This document shows, one piece after another, positions 35,501-44,549 of a DNA stretch of 64,000 nt (the stretch's first letter is position 1; each line of letters begins with the position of its first letter). Under the pieces are notes generated by a model that saw only the letters and a list, made by a program, of their open reading frames with translations, was not told where the DNA came from and searched no databases. The translations under genes were made by a program, and so were the position numbers. The DNA comes from an uncultured Planctomycetota bacterium (GTDB lineage: Bacteria > Planctomycetota > Planctomycetia > Isosphaerales > Isosphaeraceae): assembly GCA_963823665.1 (NCBI GenBank), contig CAWGMQ010000007.1:800001-864000 (forward strand). The letters run 5' to 3'.

Positions 35501-36276
35501 GCGTCGAGATTGGTTCCCAGGTTGTTGTACATTGTGGCACGTAACGGGTTATTCTCAGTGAGCAGCTCGCGGTAGATCTCGAGCGCCTTCTCGAGCAGCG
35601 GCTGGGCCTGAGCACGCTTCCCCTGGGCATTCAAGTTCATCGCCACATTGTTGTAGCTCGCTGCCGTTTCGGAATGGAGGTTGGTGAGCAGGCGGCGGCG
35701 AACCTCGAGCGCCTGCTCGAACAGCGGCTGGGCCTGGGTGTACTTCCCCTGGCCGTTCAAGATCGTCGCCAGGTTGTCCAGCAATTCTGCCGTTTCGGGG
35801 TGCTCGTCGGCGAACAGCCGGCGGTGGATCTCGAGCGCCTTTTCGAGCAGCGGACGAGCCTCGGCGTACTTCCCCTGGCTGCGTAAACTCACCGCCTGTT
35901 GATTCAGGGCGCGGCCGGATGCCAGCAAGGCACGGTCCTCGTTCGACATCGCGGCCGTTCGGCGTATCGATTCGAGACGCCATTTTTCGTTCACCGTTTC
36001 AAAGTGCTTCGGCCCCTGGACGCGCAACCGCAAGGCGAGCAGATCCTCCGAAGGAGCGATCGCCTCGTCCCAGCGATCGGCCTTCAGGGCCGCGTTCACA
36101 GCCTTGTCTAGCTCCTCTGCCCGCGTGGCATTATCACCGGTCAGCTCCCGCAATCCCGCGGTGGGAGGCTGTGCTTCTTTCGGAGACGAGGTCTGGGCCG
36201 ACCCGGGTGAGAACGGAAGCGCGGCGACCAGAGTGATCAACAACCCGAACGAAACCACGTTGCGACAAGCGATCAT
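32554..36276 (-). CDS. Signal peptide-TPR-CHAT protease with PDZ-like insert, copy 2 (intact, 1240 aa)
   Basis: Signal peptide, ten 42-aa TPRs, 'GLLVNVAMPRSNAA.HGLKAGDVLLAYNG', 'IHLATHG', 'LSACETALG', 'SLWKVDD'. Confidence 0.93.
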   Translation of the reverse strand: MIACRNVVSFGLLITLVAALPFSPGSAQTSSPKEAQPPTAGLRELTGDNATRAEELDKAVNAALKADRWDEAIAPSEDLLALRLRVQGPKHFETVNEKWRLESIRRTAAMSNEDRALLASGRALNQQAVSLRSQGKYAEARPLLEKALEIHRRLFADEHPETAELLDNLATILNGQGKYTQAQPLFEQALEVRRRLLTNLHSETAASYNNVAMNLNAQGKRAQAQPLLEKALEIYRELLTENNPLRATMYNNLGTNLDAQGKHAQAQPVLEQALEMRRRLLADGHPDLAISFNNLAANLAYRGKYAEAQPLFAKALEIHRRAFTDDHPYTAASYNALAVNLSRQGKYAEALPLLEKALVIKRRLLTDDHADTALSYNNVGMNLNAQGKYSEAEPLLEKALEIKRRALPDSHPSTALSLNNLATNLEAQGKHAQAEPLLEKALEVKRRLLTDDHADTALGYNNLANNLTAQGKYAQVQSLYEKALEIHRRQLGDNHPSTARSYENLGANLTRQGKYAQAQPLYEKALEIRHRVLSDDHPDLAISLNRLAANLAAQERYTEARNRWMSAAKSLDKARLGLAFSGLERAGTKNSTRLCLAAVLARLGQPADAWQALEEGLGRGLLDELAARQDQRLGPADQVRLRELKSELDRLDRLVEATPKGLDNVERAKRFEDLKRNRELASVALGEFQTKLVEKHDSVAGKVAKLSEIQAALPADTVLVAWVDIRPFGPTAADSGGEHWGVVVRSQGVPEWISITGTGKDGLWSDDDVALSQRVRTELRKNAPAGASILQPMLAKLRAQRLDPLAKALGTATRRLVILPSYMLAGVPIEALFALDDFRTVSYAPSATVFKYLREQPRADRHAGLLALGDPLYEQPQPSSDPEPLPDHGLLVNVAMPRSNAAMHGLKAGDVLLAYNGLALKVKDDLKVVADGNKSIGVDFWRDGKSSRCDVEPGKLGVVLDSRPAREAIAAHRAVQKMLVAARGGGEALPPLPGTRYEVESLAQLFNSDGRPTRIMLGAGASEPELERIAASRELRKYGFIHLATHGVIDEDQPARSAVILTQAGLPDPLEQAIQNKPVFDGRLSVREIQHDWDLKAEMVTLSACETALGRDLGGEGFVGFTQALLISGARSVCLSLWKVDDTATALLMQRFYANLLGKRKGLDAPMPKAEALREAKTWLRGLRRDEALALTAELSGGVERGKGSKARTPAAAIPPGGDTERPYASPHYWAAFVLAGNPD

Positions 36277-36309
36277 CAGGGACCCCTTCGTCGATGTTGA
36301 GAAACTCGG

Positions 36310-39300
36310 TCAATCAGGATCACCAGCGAGTACAAACGCCGCCCAGTAATGGGGCGATTCGTAGGGCCGACCATTGTCGTCAGTGCCGGGGATCGTGGCC
36401 GGCGTCCGGGCCTTGGCGCCCGTGCCGCGCTCGACGCCGCCCGACAGCTCCGCGGTCAGCGCGAGCACCTCAGTGCGGCGTAGCGTGCGCAGCCAGGTCT
36501 TCGATTCGCGGAGGGCCTCGGCCCTGGGCATTGCCGCTTTGAGCCCTTGGCGCTGGCCCAGGAGGTTGGCATAGAACCGCTGCATCAGCAAGGCCGTCGC
36601 TGTGTCGTCGACTTTCCAGAGCGAGAGGCAGACGCTCCGCGGACCTGAAATCAAAAGCGCCTGCGTGAACCCCACAAATCCTTCCCCGCCCTGGTCGCGG
36701 CCCAGCGCTGTCTCGCAGGCCGAGAGCGTCACCAATTCGGCTTTCAATTCCCAGTCATGCTGGATCTCGCGCACGGAAAGACGGCCGTCGAACACGGGCT
36801 TGTTCTTCAATGCCTGCTCCAGCGGGTCCGGCAGGCCGGTCTGGGTCAGGATCACGGCCGAGCGTGATGGGATATCTTCATTGATTACGCCGTGGGTCGC
36901 CAGATGGATGAAGCCGTATTTGCCGAGCTCCCCCGCGGCGGCGATTCGGTTCAGCTCGGGCTCGCGCGCGTCGGTTTCCAGGAACGTGCGCACGGGTCGA
37001 TCAGCGGATTTGAAGAGTTGGGCGAGTGCGTCGACCTCGTATCGTGTGCCTGGGAGCGGGGCGAAGTCTTCATCGCCGCCGCGTGCTGCCACCAGAACTT
37101 TTTGCAGCTTGCGTCCCTCGGCGATCGCCACTGGGGCCGGTCGTGGATCGATCACCACACCGAGCTTGCCGGGAGCCAGGTCTCGCGCGGACAGCCGGCC
37201 GTCGCGCCAAACCTCGACTGCAATCGGCTTGTCGCCTTCATCGATCGTCTTGAGGTCTTCCTTCTTATTCAACTTCACACCGTTGTACGCCAGCAACACA
37301 TCACCCAATTTGAATCCGTGCTTCGCGGCGTTCGAGCCTGGCACCACGACGTTGACCAGCAGCCCGTTGTCCGGCATCGGCGCGGAGTCACTCGACTTGT
37401 CCGGTCGCTCATAGAGCGGGTCGCCCAGAGCGAGCAAACCGGCGTGGCGGTCGGGGTGGGGCTGCTCGCGCAGGTGTTTGTAGACGGTGGCTGAGGGGGC
37501 GTAGCTCACGGTTCTTGTGTCGTCGGGGGCGAGCAGGGCCTCGATGGGAACTCCCGCCATTAAGCGAGAAGGCAGGACGATGAGCCCCCGACACGTCGTC
37601 GTCAAGGCTTTTCCGAGCGGCTCGAGCCGTTGAGTGCGTAGTTTCTGGAGAAGGGCTTGCTGGTCTGGCGAGCCGCCGGCTGGTGTCTTGCGCAACTCGC
37701 TTCGCACACGCCAGGCGAGCGAAACGTCGCCTTCGGTCCACAGCCCATTCGGGCCGGTCCCGGCGATCGGGAGCCAGACCGGAATGCCCTGCGACCGGAC
37801 GACCACGCCCCAGTGCTCGCCATCGGGGTCGGCCGAATTTGGCCCGGTCGGAGGGATGTCGACCCAGGCGACCAGTGCGGTATCGGCGGGCAGCGCGGCC
37901 TGAATCTCGTTCAGAGTGGCGACCTCGCCGGCCAGAGCGCGGTGATCCTTGGCAAGCTTGGTCTGGAATTCACCGAGCGCAATACTGGCCAGCTCGCGCT
38001 GGCGCTTGAGCTCCTTGAACCGCGTCGCGCGCCCGGCCTGGTCAAGGCCTTTGGGGGTGGTTTCCACCAGCCGGTCGAGTCGCTCGAGTGTCGTTGTCAG
38101 CTCGCGAAGGCGGGCTCGCTCCTCGGCGCGAGCCGCCGGTCCTGGCGGGCTGCCAGCTCGTCGAGCAGGCCCCGGCCCAGGTCTTGCTCCAGCATCTGCC
38201 ACGCCTCGGCCGGCTGGCCGAGCCGGGCCAGCACGGCGGCCAAGGCGGGGCGCACAGAACCCGCGTTCACGGCACGCTCGAGCCCGCTGAAGGCGATCCA
38301 GAGCCGGGCTGCGTCCAGGCCGTTGACGGCATGGAGCCATTGGGCGTGCGCCTCCGCGTACTTCCCCTGGGCACTGAGATTGAACGCGACATAACTGAAG
38401 CTGACCGCCGTGTCGGGGTGGTCGTCGGTGAGCAGACGGCGGCGGATCTCCAGTGCCCGTTCGAAAAGCGGCTGGGCCTCCGCGTACTTCCCCTGCTCCG
38501 TCAGATTCGACGCCAAGCTGTCGTAAGCAACGGCGGTATTGGGGTGGTCGTCGGTAAGCAGCCGGTGGTAGAGCTTCAGAGCCTTCTCGAGCGGCGGCTG
38601 GGCCTCGGCGTACTTCCCCTGGGCGCTGAGGTTGCGCCCGACGTTGTTGTAGTTCCCAGCGGTGTCGGGGTGGTCCTCGGTGAGCAGACGGCGGCGGATC
38701 TCCAGTGCCCGTTCGAAAAGCGGCTGGGCTTCCGCGTACTTCCCCTGGGCGGCGAGGTTGGACGCCAGATTGTTATAGCTCGCGGCCGTGTAGGGATGGT
38801 CGTCGGTAAGCAGACGGCGCAAGATCGCGAGTGCCTGCTCGTACAGCGGCTGGGCCTCCGCGAACTTCCCCTGGGCGGCGAGATTGAACGCCAGATTGTT
38901 ATAGCTCAGGGCCGTTTGGGCATGGTCGTCGGTAAGCAGTCGGCGGTGGATCTCCAGCGCCTTTTCGAATAGCGGCTGGGCCTGGGCGTACTTCCCCTGA
39001 GCGTTCAGATTGGTCGCCACGTTGTTGTAGCTTACCGCGGTGGTGGGGTCGTCGTCGGTGAGCAGCAGCCGCTCGATCTCAAGCGCCTTTTCGTGCAGCG
39101 GCTGCGCCTGAGCGTACCGCCCCTGGGAGTTGAGGTTGTACGCCAGGTTGCTGTAGCTGATAGCCGTGTGGGGGTGATCGTCAGTAAGAATGCGCCGGCG
39201 GATCTCCAGGGCTTTCTCGAAGAAGGGCTGCGCCTGGGCATACTTCCCCAGTCCGTTCAGACTTTTGGCCACGCCGCTGTAGCTTATGGCAGTTTGGGGA

Positions 39301-39782
39301 TGGTCGTCGGTGAGCAGACGGCGGTGGATCTCCAGCGCCTCTTCGAATAGCGGCTGGGCCTGGGCGTACTTCCCTTGTGCATAAAGTGCATTGGCTCGCG
39401 AGCTCGATTGATGGGCGGATCGGTAGGCTTCTCGGTCTTCGTTCGACATCACGGCGACGTGTCGCAGTGCCTTGAGAAACCACGCCACATTCACGGTCTC
39501 GAAATGTGCAGGCCCCAGAGCCCGCGCCCGCAGCTCGACCAGTTTGGCGGTCTGCGTGATCGCATCATCCCAGCGATCTGACGCAACCGCCGTGTCGATG
39601 CCCTTGTCCAATTCCTCCGCCCGCTTGGCGTCGTCGCCGGTCAGCTTCCGCAAGCCCATGGCGGCTTGCTGCGCATCCTTCGAGGCCGTTGTCTGCGCCG
39701 TCGCCGGCACGGCGAGGGCCAGGGCTCCGATGACGACCACGATCAGTCGCTTCCATCGCAGCGAAACGTGACGCAGTTTCAT
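36310..39782 (-). CDS. Signal peptide-TPR-CHAT protease with PDZ-like insert, copy 3; frameshift at ~38125
   Basis: ORFs 38097-39782 and 36310-38340 join at 'QDRRLA/ EERARLREL' as in the paralogs; eight 42-aa TPRs; dyad intact. Confidence 0.88.
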
Positions 39783-39876
39783 GGTGTGACTCTCCGTGCT
39801 TCAGGGAGTTCAGGATCCGATTAGTTGCTGTTTACATGCATCTGCGTTTTAGTTTCCAGAATCGCTTGCGCGGAAC

Positions 39877-39899
39877 GTCAGGCTGAAAGCCTGACCTAC
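39877..39899 (-). repeat. GTAG-type REP palindrome
   Basis: Minus strand GTAG-GTCAGGCT-TTC-AGCCTGAC: GTAG tetranucleotide followed by a perfect 8-bp stem, intergenic. Confidence 0.75.
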
Positions 39900-39909
39900 T
39901 GCGGCGACT

Positions 39910-41835
39910 TCAACGGCCCTTGGCCGGCTCTACGGGGAATGCTTCGAGAGTCACAACATCGACGCCGGGCAGGCCGCGGAGCCAGGTGCCCAGCTTGGCG
40001 GCGGGCCCTCCCGAGTCGCGAGCCTTCGCGCCTTTGCCTCGCGTTACGGCGGCGGCTTCGGCCAGCAAGGGCTCGAGACCTTGGCCTTCGTCTCGCCAGA
40101 CGACCCCGGCTTCGCACGGCAGCCTCGCCGACCAGGCCATCTGGCCAACGCGCCGCTTCCACTCGCGATACGGCGGCAGCGGCTGGCGCGACACCACCAG
40201 TGCAAACGCACACAACCCCGCCCCCTCGCTCAGCCGGTACCGGTCGTCGCTCTTCGAAGGCGGAGGATAGACAGGCTGCCGCTTCTTGACAGGCTTCGTC
40301 TCCTCGTCGTCAGGGTCGCAAAGCTGATCCGTCCCGTCGGGACGGAAAGCGATCAGATACGAGTAAGCGGGTTCGGAAAGCTCGGCCTCCACCGTCACGT
40401 CGTCGTCCTCGCGCGCGGCGAACGACGTCCGGCCGAGCACCCCGGATCGTTTGTTGTCGTACTTGTCTTCACCGGCAAGCTTGGCGAAATGCGGGATTTC
40501 GAAGCGCGTCACGCGCAGGCGCGGCGGGCGTCGCTGGTTCCGACGCCGGTTGCTGGCTACTCTTCCCCCGGCCGGCGACTGGCGGGACCGACTCGTCCGG
40601 GTCGCTTCCCGAAGACCTCGGCCACAATGCCCAAGCAGGTACACAGAGCGCGAGCAGCACGGCGAGGGTCCCAAAGAGCGGTGCTGCGCGGCGCACGAGC
40701 AGATATTGGCGCAACGCTAGCCGCAACTCGCCGGCGGACTGGAACCTCGCTCTTGGATCAGCCGCCATGGCCTTCAGACACACCCGCTCGATCGTCCTTG
40801 GGATGCGCGGACTGAGCCGGCGCGGCGGGACGATCGATGCCTCACGGGCCTGTTCAATCGTCTTTTCCACCGTCTTGCCCTCATGCGGCGGCTGCCCGGT
40901 CACCAGGTAGTACAGCACCGCCCCCAGCCCGTAGACGTCCGTGCGAACGTCGACCCGCTCACCCTGCCCGCGAGCCTGCTCCGGCGCCATGTAAGGGGGC
41001 GAGCCCGCCAGCCCATGCAGCGATTCACTGGCAAGCGGCACGGCCAGACCGAAGTCGACCAGCCGCGGCAGACCGTCGTCGCCCAGGATGATGTTCTGCG
41101 GCTTGATGTCACGATGCAGCAGGCCGCAGGCATGCACCTCGGCCAGCCCCTCGGCAACCTGGGCGACCACCTTGGTGCAAAACTCGAAGTCAGCCAGCTC
41201 TGCCGCTGTCACGTCTTTGAGCGTGCGGCCGGGAATGTATTCCACGACAAGGTCAATCTCGTCGCCCTGGATCTCAACTCCGTAGCAGGGCGCCACGAAC
41301 GGGCTGCGGACCCGCGCCAAGGCGCGCCCTTCGCTCAGCACGGCGTCACGGCGCCGCTGGAGGCAACGTCGTGGTAACGCTTGAGAACCACCAGACGCTG
41401 CAACGCTCGGTCGCGCGCCAGGTACGTCGTCGCCTGGCCCCCTTTTCCCAGCATCCGGATCAGCTCGTAGCCCGCGGCCATCGCAGCCGGATTCTGCCCG
41501 GCAGTCACGGTGGCCGTCGCCTGGGGATCGGGTTCGGTGTCCTTCAATCCGTCAAAGACGTCACGGACCGCTTCGGCCCGGTCGGGGAATCGAGCAAGAT
41601 AGGAATCCGACTCCGCGGACCGCCCGGCGCGGCGGGCTAGCTCGATGTCGAGGGCCAGCAACTCGCGGAAGAGGCGACTGCGGCTCGATTCGCCGACCAC
41701 GGCGGCGAGCTCATCCTCGATGCGTCGCGGCCGGCCGGCGTTCAAATCCGCCTCGAACCGGTCGCAAACCGCAATGACTCGCGCCAGGTCGTCCGGCGGC
41801 AGCGAATCGTCGTTGGGTCGGCTCGCCAAAGACAT
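39910..41835 (-). CDS. Membrane Ser/Thr protein kinase with C-terminal DUF4384-like extracytoplasmic domain; frameshifts at ~41345 and ~40540
   Basis: Planctomycete N-terminus 'CDRFEA...LFRELLALDIEL...YLARFP'; 'LGKGGQATTY', 'VVLK', 'HRDIKPQN', 'DFGLA', 'YMAPEQ'; TM 'LFGTLAVLLALCVPAWALW'; 'VTVEAELSEPAYSYLIAFRPDG'. Confidence 0.87.
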
Positions 41836-41959
41836 CCTCAGTAACTCCGTCGTCGCAACAAGGGCGGTGCACGCTTCAAGCTCAGCGTGCACCGCCCCCC
41901 GGTGATAGTTATCGTACAGAAGGCCGCGGGTCGCGGCAAAACAATTCGACCCGCCAGGA

Positions 41960-43656
41960 TCAACCCTGGCGATGGTCCTTCAGACCGCGATCGGCATGCC
42001 GCGGGAGATGCCGGACGGGCATGTGGACTCGCGCCTTGCGCAGCGCTTTCTTCGGTAGCGTCTGGCTGGGGCTCGGACTGACAGGCTGCGGGGTCGCGAC
42101 CGAGGGGCTTGGTGTCGACGGACTCGGGTTCGACGGAGTCGAGACCGACGGCGATCCGGAAGGAGTGCCCGACTGTGCCTTCACCTGCGAAGCCGCGGCG
42201 GTGAGCTCTGTAGTTTCGGCCGCGTTGTTGTACGACACAACGAAGCTCGTTCCTGAACTCAAGAGATTCGACGTGATGTCCTGAACGACGGAACTGGTGC
42301 CGATGTCCAGCGCCTGAGACTGCCAGCTTGAGCTGTTGATCGGGCCCGAGACGCCGTCGATCACGGCCGAACAGTTTGAGAACGTCGTACTTCCGAAGTC
42401 AGCCAGATCCGCGAGCGTACCTCCCTGAAGGGTCGGGGCCTCAACGATCCACTCGGCACAACTTCGCTGGGCGAGCGGGCTCTGGTACTGGGCCGACGTG
42501 ACATAGATGCTGAATGAGTCATTGGCCCTGCTGTTGTCAACGATATACAGGAGATATTGACCCGCATGGGCACCCGAGGTGATGTACTGGACCACGCCGG
42601 TCATCGAATCGCCGGGTTCGACCGTCATCTGAGCGATGGGCTGCTCCGTCTGTCCTTTGCCGGACGAGTACATCTCCCACCATGCGACATAGACTGTCTT
42701 GCCGTTTTCCAGCGCTTCCTGGGTCCCGACTTGCTCCACCGTCCCGTTGCCGTAGCCGTCGATTCCCACCCAGACGGATGAGTCGGTGTTGGCACCCGCT
42801 GGCCCGGTGACCGCGGGAACGATCCACGAGCCGACGACTTCTGTCACCGAATTCGGCTGCGGGCTGGAGAGATTGGCCGCAGCGACGTAACCTGACCAGT
42901 TGTTCATTATCACCACATTCGGGTTCGGGGTCGGCGCAGACGACCCACCGATGTAAAAGAGCTCCAGGCCGTTCGACACATTCTCGAATCCGTAGGGCGT
43001 GGCCGCCGTCGCAGGTGGCGTGCCCGTGCCCGTCCACTCACCGTAGCCTTGCGCCAGCGTGACCAGCGTATCATTGCCGGTCGTCGTCGTCGCGTCGAAG
43101 TAAGTCTGGGGCGTCAGACCGCTCGAATACGTCGTCGAGAAGATCTCAGACTGGCCAGGCGCCTCGGTGTAGAGTGTCCAGGGCGAGGACGGGGTCCACC
43201 TGAAGTCGAATCCAACGGTGTAGCTGCTGTTGTTCGTGATCGACACGACGGCATCGGTCGAGGCCGGCGGGGCGCTGGCGGCACGTAGAAGAGGTTCACG
43301 CCGGTTGCCGTATTCTGGAACTCGTAGAGCTTCGCGGCGGATGCCGGCGCCGTGCCAGTTCCAGACCACTCGTTGTACCCCTGCGCCATCGTGACCACCT
43401 CGTCATTGCCAGGCGAGGTCGTCGGGTTGAAGTAAGCCTGAGGCGTGAGGTTGCTCGAATACGCCGTCGACAAGATCTCACCCTGGCCAGGCGCCTCCGA
43501 AAAGGAGCTCCAGGCCGAGGACGGACTCCAACGGAAGTCGAAGCCCACGTTGTACTTGCTCTCGTTCAGGATCTCCACGACCGCCACCGACATCAGGCAA
43601 CGGTCCTCGACACCCTCGAAATTCGGCCGGAAACGCGGTTTGCTGCGAGTTTTCAT
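41960..43656 (-). CDS. Exported G1-family glutamic endopeptidase with two N-terminal repeats; frameshift at ~43283
   Basis: 'MKTRSKPRFRPNFEGVEDRCLMS' export motif; 'NWSGY', 'WVGIDG', 'EQVGT', 'AWWEMY', 'AEWIVEAP', 'LADFG' (catalytic Gln/Glu motifs of family G1). Confidence 0.88.
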
Positions 43657-43765
43657 CGTTGCGTCCCTCAAGAGTTGTTGGTGCACAGCCGGATGACTGG
43701 TCAATTCCCAAGGGTCAACCGCCAACGGCTCGCACGATGCGCAACGAAATCGGGCGTGGGGACTG

Positions 43766-44542
43766 ATGAACTGGCCCGCGACCCGCGATAAAATGCCAAC
43801 CTACCTGGTGCTTCAGTCCCCGAGATGGAGAACCTTCGTGGACGAGACGAGTTCCCCCGGAGACGACGGAAAGGCTCCGCCGATCGACACGCAGGAGCAC
43901 CCGGCTGGATCAGTCACCCAATGGATCGGCGACCTGAAAACCGGCGACGAGCAAGCAGTCCAGCCGCTGTGGGACCGATATTTCGCCAGCTTGGTCCAGC
44001 GGGCGCGGACGAAGCTGCGCGCGATCCGCAGCTCGACCGCGGTCAACGACGAAGAGGACGTCGCGTTAAGCGCGTTCCAGTCGCTGTATGAGGGTATTCG
44101 TGAAGGCCGATTCCCGCGGCTCGAGGACCGCGACGACCTTTGGCGGCTGCTCGTCCACTTGACCGCGTGCAAGGCCGTGGACCGTCATCGCGCCGAAAAT
44201 CGCCAGAAGCGAGGCGGCGGAAAGGCACTGCGAGAAGTCGACCTGCTCGCGGCCGGCGCCTCGGATCTGGACGAGGCGAACCCGCTCGAGCGGATCGTCG
44301 GCAGCGAGCCGAGCCCGGATTTCGCCGCCATGGTCGCCGAAGAATACGCCCACCGGCTCGACGCACTGGGCGACGCGACGTTGCGCCGGATCGCCGAGCT
44401 CAAGCTGGCGTGCCACAGCAACGACGAAATCCGCCAGCAGCTTGGCTGCTCGCTCCGCAGCGTCACGCTCAAGCTCGAGCTCATCCGAAAGATCTGGCGG
44501 GGCGGAAATCCGAAATCCGAAACGCGAAATCCGAAGGCGTGA
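43766..44542 (+). CDS. ECF-type sigma factor of the planctomycete kinase-associated type (true start may be downstream)
   Basis: 'GSVTQWIGDLK.GD..A...LW.RYF..L...AR', 'DEEDVALSAF', 'GRFP.L.DRDDLWRLL', 'QKRGGG', 'EPSPDFAA', C-terminal HTH. Confidence 0.88.
   Translation: MNWPATRDKMPTYLVLQSPRWRTFVDETSSPGDDGKAPPIDTQEHPAGSVTQWIGDLKTGDEQAVQPLWDRYFASLVQRARTKLRAIRSSTAVNDEEDVALSAFQSLYEGIREGRFPRLEDRDDLWRLLVHLTACKAVDRHRAENRQKRGGGKALREVDLLAAGASDLDEANPLERIVGSEPSPDFAAMVAEEYAHRLDALGDATLRRIAELKLACHSNDEIRQQLGCSLRSVTLKLELIRKIWRGGNPKSETRNPKA
44505..44535 (+). repeat. Heptamer tandem repeat (GAAATCC)x4
   Basis: GAAATCC GAAATCC GAAACGC GAAATCC GAA at the junction of two convergent genes. Confidence 0.8.
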
Positions 44543-44549
44543 ATCTCTC

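Noticed and set aside
28798..39782. CRISPR-associated Craspase (Csx29-like TPR-CHAT)
   Set aside because: No Cas7-11, Csx30 or array in the window, and these proteins have signal peptides.
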